A stretch of DNA of 63,018 nt from Solirubrobacterales bacterium. GTDB lineage: Bacteria; Actinomycetota; Thermoleophilia; Solirubrobacterales; JBBDJG01. Position numbers and translations under genes: made by a program. The stretch lies in NCBI GenBank assembly GCA_040880005.1, contig JBBDJG010000035.1:1-63018 (forward strand), written 5' to 3'. Shown one piece after another: positions 45,974 to 56,366 of the stretch. Position 1 is the first letter of the stretch; every line of letters begins with the position of its first letter. Under the pieces are notes generated by a model, which was not told where the DNA came from, ran no database searches, and saw only the letters and a program-made list of their open reading frames with translations.

Positions 45974-48900
45974 CGCGGGGGCCCTGTTGCGGCAACTACG
46001 CATCCCCAGGCTGACGCCGCTATTCCGTACGGATTTCTTGCCATGATCGAAAGGGCCATTGGAACTCCCGCGACATAAGCACACCTTCTCACTGGCGCCT
46101 TGGCATCCTCTGGGAGCGACTGGTAGGCGGTCAACCCGACCGCCAAGGCAGGTCCCGCGACCGGGATCGGACCGAGAATTGCATAGTTCCTTACTGCTCG
46201 CTTTGCTACTTGACCCACCTTCTTCGCAATCTTCCTGGCACTGAGTCCCGAGGCGCCTGCGCGTCGCCGTCTATCTACCCTCCGCAGGTAGCGCCGCACA
46301 TCGCGCCTTGCCCATCTCGCGGCCCCTTGGCACCATGCCTGTGTCTGCCCGCAACCCGTAGTCCGGCTCGTGACTCGTTTCTTCTTGCGAGATTTCGAAC
46401 CGTCCAGATCAAACGAGTTCACCGGGTCCTGACCCGCGTAGTCGTAGGCGTTGTCCGACCCGCCAGGAACGGGGTCGGTTTGTAGGAAGCGACCCATCTG
46501 CGGCACATACACCCGTGCGCCCATCGTGATCGCGCCTGAGGCGAACTGGGTCTGGCGCTCCTTGCCTCCCAGCCAGCCGTAGCGGGTATCGGTCGGCGGC
46601 GCCAGTGGCTCTTCGGGGCGGGGTACGCCGAACTCGTCTGACTCGAAGGTGTCGAGGATCGTTGCGGTCACCGAGGCGATCGCGATCACGTCGCCGTGCA
46701 GGTTCGTGAGCTGGAACTTGACGCCGTCCTGGGAGTCCTGGATCGCGCCGAGGTCGCCTCCGATCCCGCCGATCATGCGCTGCCACTCGTTGTTGCCGGA
46801 ATCGGTCCAGCTCGGCGAGTCGGAGTCGTCTGAGTAGTGCATCGTCTCGTCGGGCTTGCCGGTCGATTGCTTGATCCGCGGGCGGCGGTTGGGGTCGAGC
46901 GTAAACGTCTGCGTCTTGCCGGCCTGGGTGAGGCTTCGCACGAGGTCGTTGGTGTAGTAGGTGGCGCTCAGCTGGTCGCCTCCTGCGGCAGTTGCCGGTG
47001 TGGTCGTGATGCGGCCGAACGCATCGTATTGGAAGCCGGCGTCGGTGATGCGGTCGGCCGCATCGTAGGTGTGGTCGATCGCCTGGCCCTCCCCGGCGGT
47101 CTGGCACTGGGCGTTGGGGCCGCGGGATACTTGGCGCGTTCTGTTGGAGTCGGCGTCGAAGGAGTAGGTGCGGGTCGTGCAGCCCTGACCCGACGGCGTG
47201 TCGGCGACCAAGCTCAGCCGGCCGGCGGCGTCGTAGGTGTAGGACTGGCTCGACAAGGAGCTGTCGTGTGTGCGCCACTGGCCGTGGATCGACTCGGTCA
47301 CGCCCTCGTCGAGCTGGGTGCCGGTTCCCGCAGCGCCGCACTGGCCGGAGCCGGTCATGTAGCAAAGGCGCGTGGGGCTGCCGGACTCGTCGTAGAACGT
47401 GCGGGCGGTGAGGCCGTTGGGCAGCGTCTCGGTCAGCTGGTTGCCGTCGGCGTCGTAGGTGGCGGCGAAGGTGCCGGCCGCGAAGTCGGTGAGTCCCGTG
47501 ACCAGCCCCGTAACGGGGTCGTAGGAGTAGGTCTGGGTGTCCTTGCCGTCGTTGACGGTCTTTGGTCGGCCGAGAAGGTCGTAGGTGGTCTGCGACGTGG
47601 TGCCGTCGGCGTCAGTGTAGTGGGTCTGCCTGCCAAGCGAGTCGTACTGGCGCGTGATCGTCTGCTCGTTGCCCGTTTGGACGAAGATGCGCGTGGTGGT
47701 TGGACGACCGGTATTCGGGTCGTAGTCGGTCTGGACCTGATCGAGCGAGGTGCCCTGCGTGCCCGAGACCGACTGGGTACGCGGCCGCCCGGCAGCGTCG
47801 TAGGCGGAGATCGCTACCTTCTGATCGTTGCCGACCTGATCGGTTGCTCTTGTGGGCTGATAGAGGCTGTTGTACTCGGTGGTCGTTTGCGGCAGGTTGG
47901 GCACACCGGGCGTGTTCGGCTGTGCTTCGGGTAGCGACTTGCACGGAAGCCAACGCCACTCCGCGTGACCCATGCAGCCGGCAAGCTGGCTGAACGGATC
48001 TGCGTTGTAGTAGACGGTTCTCATGGTGTTCACATCGCCACCGGGCCCCGGAGTCCGGCTCCACATGACGAGACCATTGCCGTAGTAGCGAACGTCAGAA
48101 CGCAAGTTGAGGCCCTCCGGATCGACCGTTGTCGAGGTCGGCTGGCGCAGCGTCAGACCGAGGTCCCCCTGGTCCTGGTACGAGGTCTTGGTCACGCGCA
48201 CGTCGCGGTCGCTCGCCTCGCCCGGGATACGCGCCCCCGCCGTCTGCTTGGTCGGCAGGTGATAGCGCTCGCCGGTCGGCGTTCGGGGCAGGGCGCTGCC
48301 GTCGGGAGCCTTGTCGTACTCGGTCGTGGAGTGAGCGCGGGCCTGCACGAGCTGACCATTATCGAGCTTCACCTGATGCAGCGGCCCAAGCGTCTCCAGC
48401 AGGTCAACGCCGTCCGGGGTGTAGGTGTTCTGGGTGTCGAGCTGCTGCGCCGTAACCGCCGAACTGCTGCCCGTGGCGAGCGCCCGCAGGCGGTTGGTCG
48501 CCCCCAGCGTTCGCTTGACGTTGTCGAAGCCGTCGTACTCGGCGGTGGTGATCGCTGCGCCGGGGGAGGCGACGTTGACCTCGCGTCCCAGGCGATCGAG
48601 ATAGTGGATCGTCGCCTTCGAGTACTGGCCCGCGCTCGCGTCGGGCGGGAGGATCGCGATCGCGTCGGTGGGCACGGCCTGCTGGGCCCAGTCGTCCACG
48701 GCGCCCGGGCTCATGTCGTAGGGGGCGCCGGAGCCCGAGACCGCGACGTTGTAGTCCATCGTCCAGGTCGAAGTGCCCTGCGAGCACAGGCAGGCGCGGC
48801 TCACGCTCGCGAGACGGCCCGTGTTCGGATCGCCGCCGGCAGCCGCGTGGTTGATCGTGAAAGGCTCTTCGCCCGCGGGCGTGACCTGCGTGATGTGCCC

Positions 48901-51900
48901 GGCGGAGTCGTAGGAGTACCTCGCCTTCAAGGGCGGCGTAATGCGACCGTCCCAGGCCTCGATCAGGCGATCGTTCTCATATGAATACTGCGCGACCGTC
49001 CTCCAACCCGCGTACGAGTAGAACTCGATGCTGCCGATCTGAGCCGTCGTGTTGTAGTTGAACCTCAGGAAGCGACACTTGACCGCGGGTGATGCGTCCG
49101 GGCACTCGGACGCCGAGGATCCCGCGGCGTACGCGCGGTCGATCTTGTACTTGCCATCGACCAGCCCGTAGCCGTAGGTGATCGTGTCGGCGGAGCCGGG
49201 TGGCTGAATCGCGGTCACGGGATAGACATTGGTCGCGTCCTGGCTCGTGAACACCGTCGTCACGTTCTCCAGGTCAGTTACCTTGAACTGGTTGGGGCTC
49301 GGGCGCTTCAGCAACAGGTCCTCGCTGCCCTCCTCCGGCTGCCATTCTCCCTCCAGGTTCAGAAAGGAGAATTTCGTGCCGTCGGATGCGGTTATCGTCG
49401 CCTGTTCGTACCGCTCGGAGACGGTTACCGGATCGCCGTACTCGTCCTCGTACGTGTCCGTGAAGGTCTTCCAGCCAGTTTCGAGCCTGGAGTAGCTGCT
49501 GTTCATAGCGTCCGACGGAAGGCTTGCGGTCCAGCCGAACCCGAGCGCCCCGCCATGATCGTTCTCCCTCGTCAGTTGCCCATCGCCCCCGCCGTTCGGG
49601 TCGCGCGAGTTGTAGGTGCGGGAGAAGTTGAGATCGGCGTTGTAGGCATCGATCGACACGTCGTCGGCCGACATCGAGAAGTTGCCGGTCAGCAGATCGA
49701 CCGAGCCGGGGCCGATCGACTCGACCGCGTCCTTGGTGGCGGGCGCCTTGCGATCGAGCGTGAAGCGGATCGCGTCGCTGGTGTAGGAACCGCCCCCGCC
49801 GCCCGTGAACAGGGCGCGCACATACACCGGGCCGTCGTAGCCGGTCAGACCGGTGGTCGTCGCTGCGTCCCACACGAGCGTCGGGCTCAGTCCGCCGGAC
49901 AGGCCGACGGGGCTTGCGACCGACTGGTTGAGGTCGTTCTTGAGCTGGCCGGCAGGCACCGGCGACCACTGGCCCTCGGTCCCGGTCTTGCTGAACCAGA
50001 GCGCGATCTTGTCGAAGCCGGCGGCCTGCGCCTTGGCGCGCACCGTGATGCGGCGGCGCGTGCGCGTGCCGTCGTCGGGCTGGGTCAGCAAGCCGGGGTT
50101 GTCGAGGCGCGCCAGGCCCGCCTGGGCAGCGCCGCCAACCGCCGTGAAGTCGCCGCCGACCAGCAGCCGTTCGCGATCGGCGTCGAGATCGCGGATCGCA
50201 ACCGGGGATCCCGTCGCGGACACGTTCGGCGCAAGAGGGAACGCGAGCCCCGACTGGGGATCGAGTCCGGCAAGTCCGTTCCGCTGAACTCCCGCGATCT
50301 GCGAGAAGCGTCCGCCGACGAACACGCCGGCCGGGTCGGCGTCGATCGCATCGACCGGGCCGTCGGGGCTCGGGTTCCACGAGGTGACCGTCTGCCCCTG
50401 CAGCGAGGCAAGCCCCGCGCGGGTCGCGCCTGCGATCGATGTGAAGCTCCCGCCCACGTACAGCGTATTCCCGCTGAGCGCCATAGAGGTCACCGCACCG
50501 TTGCACGGCGGTGTCCAGGCCCCGCCGCCGGTCACGGTAGTCACAGACCATAGCTCTCTGATGTCCTGGCTCGGCTCACCGTTCTTGTTGAAGTGGCCCG
50601 CCAAGTACACGGTATCGGCGCTAGCCTCAATCGCGTTGACCTGTCCGACAAGTTCGCTCGACAAACCCGGAGTCCAGGAGAGCAAGTCTCCAGTATCGAT
50701 GCTGAACGCACCGGCGTTCGAGCTACTGACACCGCCGTGACTGAGACTTGCGCTGCCTACATAGATCCTTCCGACCGCGGACGCGAGCGCTCGCACCTCG
50801 CTCGCCTGCGGGCTCCAATCGACCAGTCCGCCGGTGTCCTGCATGAACGCCGCGAGGTTCTGCCGGGTGCTGCCGGCGATGCTCGAGAACGCACCACCCA
50901 CATACAGCTTGCCCTCGGCTAGCTCGATCGCGTTGACTCTGCCGTTGGGGTCTGGGCTCCAGCCGGTCGGCACACCGGTCGTGTCGCTCAGCTCGGCAAG
51001 GTTGTGTCGTTCGACAACGTTGGCCGCCCGGAAACGCCCGCCGGCAAATACGCGTCCACCGTACAAACCGATCGTCTTGACCGAGTTGCCGAGGTTCGGG
51101 TTCCAACTCGTCGCGCCGGCGCTGCTCAAGTCGAGCGCGGCGATCTTGCCGCGAGCCTGCCCGCCGATCGTCGTGAAGTCGCCGCCTGCATAGACCGTGG
51201 CGCCCGACACGGTGATCGAACGCACGCGCGCACCCGAGGGCGCACTCGGATTCCACGACTGCGGGGCGCCGCTTGCCGCATCGAGTGCAGCGATCCCGTT
51301 GCGAGTCGCGCCGCCGACCTGCGAGAACGCGCCGCCCGCGTAGATCCGCGTGCCGGACGCAACGAGCGCGTCCACCGACCCGTTCGAGTTCGGGTTCCAC
51401 GGGGCCGCCTGGCCGAAGGTCGAATCCACCTGGGCGATGTTGCTGCGCGGCTGGCCGCCGACGCTCGTAAACGTCCCGCCCAGGTACACCGACCCAAGCG
51501 ACGTGGCAATCGCCGAGATCGATCCGCTTTCAGGACCCACGTTGGGGTTCCAGCTTGTAGCTGTCGCGAGCGTCTTGTCGAGTTCGGCAACTCGCCGCCG
51601 CTGCTGGCCGCCGATGTAGTCGAAGTCTCCTCCCACATAGAGTTTGCTTTCATCCAGAGCAATCGCCCTGACGAGCCGCGGGTAGGGATATGGAGCCCAG
51701 CCACCCACGGCTGCGTTGGTCGGATTGAGCTTCGCGAGCCCGTTGCGGGTCACTCCGCCAACGTGCGTGAACGATCCCCCCACGTACAGATCCTGCCCGT
51801 CGTTCGCCAGCGCATACACCGAGCCTCCGCTCGCCCCCGGGTCCCAGGCCGGATCGACCGTGCCGTCGGCCCGGATGTGGGCGAGGTTGGCGCGCGGATA

Positions 51901-53025
51901 ACCGCCGACGCTGGTGAACTCCCCGCCGATGAACCAGCCTCCCAGTCCGTCGGGCGCGCTCGCGCGCACCTCCACTGCGGGCGATCCCGAGGAATCCGAG
52001 CCGGCTACCTCTGGGTAGGCGAGGTCGGGCAAGCCGCCGGTCTGTGCGAGCGACGTGAACGCGCCCACGCGGGTGCCGACCGAGTCGAAGTCGCCGCCGA
52101 CATAAACCTTGTCCTCGCCGTGGAGCGCGATCGCGTTGATCTTCGGCACCGGGCCGCTGCCGCCGTCGGGAACCTGGGTCGGCACCGGCGTCGACGAGTA
52201 GCGTCCGCGCGGCGGGTCGCAGGAGTTCGGGCCCGGCGGAACCAGCGTGCGGATGATCGAAGCGTAGGAGTTGTCCACGTACACGTCGATCGGTGCATGC
52301 TGCTCCATCGCGTCCGTGTACAGGCCGAAGCTGGCCCGCGTGCCGTACTGCCCGTAGTTGTTGGGTGCGCTCGAATCGACCACCTTCTCACCGTTGAGGT
52401 ACACCTCGTTGATCGCGTGCTCCGGGTCGCCGGCAGGCTTGTCGGAGAACTTCTGGCGCACCATCAGCCAGTTCCAGCAGCCCTCCTTGAGCGCGAAGGG
52501 GGATCCGATCGCATCAGCGGAGTCGTTGAACGTGTCGTTTGAGTGGCCGCGCACCAGCCGCGCCTTGCGGTCGCCCTCGAAGACGGCGATGCCGCCGTAG
52601 TGATCCACTCCCGCGCTCGCCGCGTCCCAGCGCAGAATGTCGAAGCGATGGCGCTGCTTGGGACCGGCGCCCGTGGTCGTACCCGGCGGAAGGTAGAAGG
52701 CAGCGCCGTAGGAGGCGTCGGCCAGGCCCGAGGCCCAGTTGTAGGAGCCCATGGCGGCGCGACCGAGCGATGTGTTGCCGTTGTAGGAGGCCTTGGCGTA
52801 GGCGCTTCCGTCGTAGGCAGACGGCGGGCCGGTGGAGCGCGTGAAGCCGAAGAACTGGTCCTGCCTGATCGAGTCGTACTGGGAGGAGATGTCGGCCGGC
52901 TCGTGGGTAGCGGTGCGCCCGCAGGCGCCGAGGCCGAGCGCGGCCGCGAGGACCAGCACCGCCGCCAGCGTGTGCCCACCGAGGCGCTTCGGGGACCGAC
53001 CGGACATCTGCCTCACCATCGCCAA
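45970..53025 (-). CDS. Lipoprotein Rhs/YD-repeat polymorphic toxin with propeller repeats
   Basis: LGAC lipobox; 14 YVGGxF repeats; GSVDLLTGNF (DUF6531-like); YD repeats; RVYVPQMGRFLQTDP...YAGQDPVNSFDLDG core end; GGAGGGAGG SD. Confidence 0.93.
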   Translation of the reverse strand: MAMVRQMSGRSPKRLGGHTLAAVLVLAAALGLGACGRTATHEPADISSQYDSIRQDQFFGFTRSTGPPSAYDGSAYAKASYNGNTSLGRAAMGSYNWASGLADASYGAAFYLPPGTTTGAGPKQRHRFDILRWDAASAGVDHYGGIAVFEGDRKARLVRGHSNDTFNDSADAIGSPFALKEGCWNWLMVRQKFSDKPAGDPEHAINEVYLNGEKVVDSSAPNNYGQYGTRASFGLYTDAMEQHAPIDVYVDNSYASIIRTLVPPGPNSCDPPRGRYSSTPVPTQVPDGGSGPVPKINAIALHGEDKVYVGGDFDSVGTRVGAFTSLAQTGGLPDLAYPEVAGSDSSGSPAVEVRASAPDGLGGWFIGGEFTSVGGYPRANLAHIRADGTVDPAWDPGASGGSVYALANDGQDLYVGGSFTHVGGVTRNGLAKLNPTNAAVGGWAPYPYPRLVRAIALDESKLYVGGDFDYIGGQQRRRVAELDKTLATATSWNPNVGPESGSISAIATSLGSVYLGGTFTSVGGQPRSNIAQVDSTFGQAAPWNPNSNGSVDALVASGTRIYAGGAFSQVGGATRNGIAALDAASGAPQSWNPSAPSGARVRSITVSGATVYAGGDFTTIGGQARGKIAALDLSSAGATSWNPNLGNSVKTIGLYGGRVFAGGRFRAANVVERHNLAELSDTTGVPTGWSPDPNGRVNAIELAEGKLYVGGAFSSIAGSTRQNLAAFMQDTGGLVDWSPQASEVRALASAVGRIYVGSASLSHGGVSSSNAGAFSIDTGDLLSWTPGLSSELVGQVNAIEASADTVYLAGHFNKNGEPSQDIRELWSVTTVTGGGAWTPPCNGAVTSMALSGNTLYVGGSFTSIAGATRAGLASLQGQTVTSWNPSPDGPVDAIDADPAGVFVGGRFSQIAGVQRNGLAGLDPQSGLAFPLAPNVSATGSPVAIRDLDADRERLLVGGDFTAVGGAAQAGLARLDNPGLLTQPDDGTRTRRRITVRAKAQAAGFDKIALWFSKTGTEGQWSPVPAGQLKNDLNQSVASPVGLSGGLSPTLVWDAATTTGLTGYDGPVYVRALFTGGGGGSYTSDAIRFTLDRKAPATKDAVESIGPGSVDLLTGNFSMSADDVSIDAYNADLNFSRTYNSRDPNGGGDGQLTRENDHGGALGFGWTASLPSDAMNSSYSRLETGWKTFTDTYEDEYGDPVTVSERYEQATITASDGTKFSFLNLEGEWQPEEGSEDLLLKRPSPNQFKVTDLENVTTVFTSQDATNVYPVTAIQPPGSADTITYGYGLVDGKYKIDRAYAAGSSASECPDASPAVKCRFLRFNYNTTAQIGSIEFYSYAGWRTVAQYSYENDRLIEAWDGRITPPLKARYSYDSAGHITQVTPAGEEPFTINHAAAGGDPNTGRLASVSRACLCSQGTSTWTMDYNVAVSGSGAPYDMSPGAVDDWAQQAVPTDAIAILPPDASAGQYSKATIHYLDRLGREVNVASPGAAITTAEYDGFDNVKRTLGATNRLRALATGSSSAVTAQQLDTQNTYTPDGVDLLETLGPLHQVKLDNGQLVQARAHSTTEYDKAPDGSALPRTPTGERYHLPTKQTAGARIPGEASDRDVRVTKTSYQDQGDLGLTLRQPTSTTVDPEGLNLRSDVRYYGNGLVMWSRTPGPGGDVNTMRTVYYNADPFSQLAGCMGHAEWRWLPCKSLPEAQPNTPGVPNLPQTTTEYNSLYQPTRATDQVGNDQKVAISAYDAAGRPRTQSVSGTQGTSLDQVQTDYDPNTGRPTTTRIFVQTGNEQTITRQYDSLGRQTHYTDADGTTSQTTYDLLGRPKTVNDGKDTQTYSYDPVTGLVTGLTDFAAGTFAATYDADGNQLTETLPNGLTARTFYDESGSPTRLCYMTGSGQCGAAGTGTQLDEGVTESIHGQWRTHDSSLSSQSYTYDAAGRLSLVADTPSGQGCTTRTYSFDADSNRTRQVSRGPNAQCQTAGEGQAIDHTYDAADRITDAGFQYDAFGRITTTPATAAGGDQLSATYYTNDLVRSLTQAGKTQTFTLDPNRRPRIKQSTGKPDETMHYSDDSDSPSWTDSGNNEWQRMIGGIGGDLGAIQDSQDGVKFQLTNLHGDVIAIASVTATILDTFESDEFGVPRPEEPLAPPTDTRYGWLGGKERQTQFASGAITMGARVYVPQMGRFLQTDPVPGGSDNAYDYAGQDPVNSFDLDGSKSRKKKRVTSRTTGCGQTQAWCQGAARWARRDVRRYLRRVDRRRRAGASGLSARKIAKKVGQVAKRAVRNYAILGPIPVAGPALAVGLTAYQSLPEDAKAPVRRCAYVAGVPMALSIMARNPYGIAASAWGCVVAATGPPR

Positions 53026-53106
53026 GACTTCCTCCCTCCCATCCGCCCGGCCGGGAAAGGGGGTCGCCCGGCCGGATTGATGGGTCGTGGCTCAGTTATG
53101 GCCAGA

Positions 53107-53136
53107 AGTTTAAGTGAGTTCCTACTTGTTTGTCAA
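53107..53136 (-). promoter_or_regulatory. Sigma70-type promoter for the rhs gene
   Basis: TTGACA-18 nt-TAAACT on the minus strand ~80 nt upstream of the start. Confidence 0.65.
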
Positions 53137-53199
53137 GCCCGGCCCTCGAACGGCGATCGGCACGGCTCCGTCCCACTCCAGCAGCGATAATCGAGTTCC

Positions 53200-54549
53200 A
53201 TGCGCCGCCGCGTCGCCTACCTCGCCCTGATCCTCCTCGCCGTCGCCGCCCTGCTCGCCGGCGCGCTCACGGCCCGCGCGGCCGACCCCGCACCCGCCAG
53301 CACGACCGGCGCCCCGCTGATCCATTCGGTCGCGCTCGACCTGACGATCAACCCGGCCTCCGCAGACTGGGTGGACACCGCCCTCAGCGACGCCGAAAAG
53401 GACGGCGCCTATCTGGTGATCTTCCGGCTCGACACTCCCGGCGGGCTCGACGACTCGATGCGCAAGATCGTCAAGGACATTCTCGAGGCGCCGATGCCGG
53501 TGGTCGTGTACGTCTCGCCCAACGGCTCGCGCGCCGGGTCGGCGGGCGTGTTCATCACCGAGTCCGCCGACGTCGCCGCGATGGCGCCGCAGACCAACAT
53601 CGGCGCAGCGACGCCGATCAACTCCAGCGGCGAGGACATCGGCGGCGCGCTCGGGCGCAAGGTCACCAACGACGCCGCCGCCTTCATCCGAGCGCTGACG
53701 CAGGCGCACGGGCGCAACCCCGACCTCGCCGAGCAGATGGTCCGCAAGGCGACCAGCGTCACCGCCGAGCGCGCCGAGCGGGCGGGGCTGATCGACCTTG
53801 TCGCGGCAGACCAGGACGCGCTGATCCGCCAGCTCGACGGCTTCGAGGTCAAGGGGCCCAAGCAGCAGACCCTGCACACCGCCGGCGCGCGCGTGGAGTC
53901 GCGCGACGTGCCGTTCAAGACCGAGCTGCTCGAGCTGCTGATCAACCCGACGACCGTGTTCCTGCTGTTCACGCTCGGGCTGATTGGGATCGGCTTCGAG
54001 GTCTTCCACCCCGGCTCGATCCTGCCCGGCGCGCTCGGCGGCATATCGCTGATCGTCGCCCTGTTCGGACTCGCCCAGCTACCGATCACGGTCGCCGGCC
54101 TGTTGCTGATCCTGCTCGCGTTCGGGCTGTTCGTCGCCGAGGCGTTCATTATCAGCCACGGCGCGCTGGCGGCGGGCGGCATCATCGCCTTAGCCATCGG
54201 TGGGCTGCTGCTGTTCGACACAGACAGCGAGGCCTACGAGGTCTCGGTGCCGATCGTGATCTTCACCGCCGCGCTGATGGGAGGGTTCTTCGCCTTCGTG
54301 ATCAACAAGGCCGTACGGGCGCGCCACGAACAGGTGCACACCGGGCACGAGGAGCTGGTCGGGATGACGGGCGAGGTGCGCGTCGCGCTCGACCCGGTCG
54401 GCCAGGTGTTCGTGCAGGGCGCGCTGTGGCGGGCGCGCAGCGGCGACGAGCTGACGATCCCGGTCCACGAGCAGGTGGTCGTCGAGTCGGTCGAAGGATT
54501 GACGCTGACCGTCTCTCGAAACAGCCCCCAGGACGGACAGAGCGACTAG
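53200..54549 (+). CDS. nfeD: NfeD family membrane-bound serine protease (long form)
   Basis: [27 protein letters not shown] region, C-terminal OB domain GALWRARS. Confidence 0.92.
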   Translation: MRRRVAYLALILLAVAALLAGALTARAADPAPASTTGAPLIHSVALDLTINPASADWVDTALSDAEKDGAYLVIFRLDTPGGLDDSMRKIVKDILEAPMPVVVYVSPNGSRAGSAGVFITESADVAAMAPQTNIGAATPINSSGEDIGGALGRKVTNDAAAFIRALTQAHGRNPDLAEQMVRKATSVTAERAERAGLIDLVAADQDALIRQLDGFEVKGPKQQTLHTAGARVESRDVPFKTELLELLINPTTVFLLFTLGLIGIGFEVFHPGSILPGALGGISLIVALFGLAQLPITVAGLLLILLAFGLFVAEAFIISHGALAAGGIIALAIGGLLLFDTDSEAYEVSVPIVIFTAALMGGFFAFVINKAVRARHEQVHTGHEELVGMTGEVRVALDPVGQVFVQGALWRARSGDELTIPVHEQVVVESVEGLTLTVSRNSPQDGQSD

Positions 54550-54559
54550 AGTAAGCGCC

Positions 54560-55351
54560 TTGGCCGCCGCCCTGACAGTCATCGCGATAGTCGTCTTCTT
54601 CGGCGTGATCCTGCTGGCCAGCTCGGTCCGCGTGCTGCGCGAGTACGAGCGCGGCGTGATCTTTCGGCTCGGCCGCCTGATCGCGCAGAAGGGACCGGGG
54701 CTGATCTTCCTGATCCCGATCATCGACCGCATGGTCAAGGTCGAGTTGCGCACGGTGACGCTCAACATCCCTCCGCAGGAGGTGATCACGCGCGACAACG
54801 TTCCGGTGCGAGTGAACGCCGTCGCCTACTTCCGCGTGATCGACCCCAACGCGGCGATCGTGCAGGTCGAGAACTTCCTCGTCGCGACGTCGCAGATCGC
54901 GCAGACGACACTGCGCGCAATCCTCGGCCGGGCGGAGCTGGACGGCCTGCTGGCCGAGCGCGAGCGCCTCAACGAGGAGCTCCAGCAGGTGATCGACGAG
55001 CAGACCGAGCCGTGGGGCATCAAGGTCACGACGGTCGAGATCAAGGACGTCGAGATTCCCTCCGACATGCAGCGCGCGATGGCCCGCCAGGCCGAGGCCG
55101 AGCGCGAGCGCCGCGCAAAGATCATCGCCGCCGAGGGCGAGTTCCAAGCCTCCGACAAGCTCTCCCAGGCTGCCTCCGTGATCGGCAAGGAGCCGATCGC
55201 TCTCCAGCTCCGCTTCCTTCAGACGTTGCTGGAGATCGGCGCCGAGAACAACTCGACCACGATCTTCCCGGTGCCGATCGAGCTGTTCCGCCCGATCATC
55301 GAGGCCCAGATAATGAAGGAGAAAGCCGGCGGCGGCTCCTCCTCCTCCTGA
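54560..55351 (+). CDS. Stomatin/slipin (SPFH) family protein
   Basis: [48 protein letters not shown]. Confidence 0.95.
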   Translation: MAAALTVIAIVVFFGVILLASSVRVLREYERGVIFRLGRLIAQKGPGLIFLIPIIDRMVKVELRTVTLNIPPQEVITRDNVPVRVNAVAYFRVIDPNAAIVQVENFLVATSQIAQTTLRAILGRAELDGLLAERERLNEELQQVIDEQTEPWGIKVTTVEIKDVEIPSDMQRAMARQAEAERERRAKIIAAEGEFQASDKLSQAASVIGKEPIALQLRFLQTLLEIGAENNSTTIFPVPIELFRPIIEAQIMKEKAGGGSSSS

Positions 55352-55352
55352 G

Positions 55353-56336
55353 CTGCGCATCGACCCCCTGACGGGGTTGAGGGTCGTGCTGGCGCCGCAG
55401 CGCGCGGACCGGCCACTGAATTTCGAGCCTTCGGTCGCGCACGACGACGCGCGCGCGCAGTGCCCGCTCGACGAGGGTCGCGAAGACCAGACACCGCCCG
55501 AGGTGTGGGCGCTGCGTCCCGGCGGCGGCGCGGCCGACACGCCGCGCAGGCTGGTGCGCGCGGTGCCGAACAAGTACCCGGTGCTGGTGGCCGAAGCGGG
55601 CGGGCTGAGCGACCCGCTCGGCAGCGGCCGTGGCGACCCGGACCTGTTCGCGTCGGGCGTCGCGACCGGAGCGCACGAGGTGATCGCGCACTCGCCCGAG
55701 CACGTGGTGTCGCTGGGCGCGCTCGGAGCGGACCAGCTCGAACACGTGACCGCCGCGTGGGCGGCGCGGCTGGCCGCGCATGCCGACGCCGCCTATGTGC
55801 ACGTGATGGTCAACGAGGGAGCTGCCGGCGGCGCATCGCTCGAGCACTCGCACACGCAGGTGTACGCGCTCGACTTCGTGCCGGCCTCGATCGCGCGCGA
55901 GCGCGAGCGCTTCACCGCACACAACACGCGCACGACGGGCGGCTGCCTGCTGTGTGACCTGCTTCAGGAAGAGGTGAAGCGGCGCGAGCGTGTCGTTGCC
56001 GTTGACGACTTCGGCGTGTTGACGGCGCCGTTCGCGTCGCGCTCGCCGTACGAGCTGAGGATCGTGCCGCGCGAGCACGCGGCGGGGTTCGGCGAGGGTG
56101 GCGAAGCGGTGGCGCCTTTGCTCGACGAGGCGGTGCGTCTGTTGACGCAGCAGCTCGGCTCCCCGCCGCCGTTGAACCTGTGGCTGCGAACCGCGCCGCG
56201 GGGTGCGGAGCACTTCCATTGGCACATCGACGTCTTGCCGCGGCTGACCGTGCTGGCCGGCTTCGAGCTGGGCACCGGCGTGAGCATCAACATCGTGCCA
56301 CCCGAGCGGGCGGCGGAGGAGCTGCGGGAGGGCTAG
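55353..56336 (+). CDS. galT: Galactose-1-phosphate uridylyltransferase (GalT/HIT) family
   Basis: [52 protein letters not shown]; start unclear (CTG 55353 or TTG 55377). Confidence 0.85.
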   Translation: MRIDPLTGLRVVLAPQRADRPLNFEPSVAHDDARAQCPLDEGREDQTPPEVWALRPGGGAADTPRRLVRAVPNKYPVLVAEAGGLSDPLGSGRGDPDLFASGVATGAHEVIAHSPEHVVSLGALGADQLEHVTAAWAARLAAHADAAYVHVMVNEGAAGGASLEHSHTQVYALDFVPASIARERERFTAHNTRTTGGCLLCDLLQEEVKRRERVVAVDDFGVLTAPFASRSPYELRIVPREHAAGFGEGGEAVAPLLDEAVRLLTQQLGSPPPLNLWLRTAPRGAEHFHWHIDVLPRLTVLAGFELGTGVSINIVPPERAAEELREG

Positions 56337-56366
56337 AGGCGGTCGGCGGGTCGGCCCGAGGCCGGC

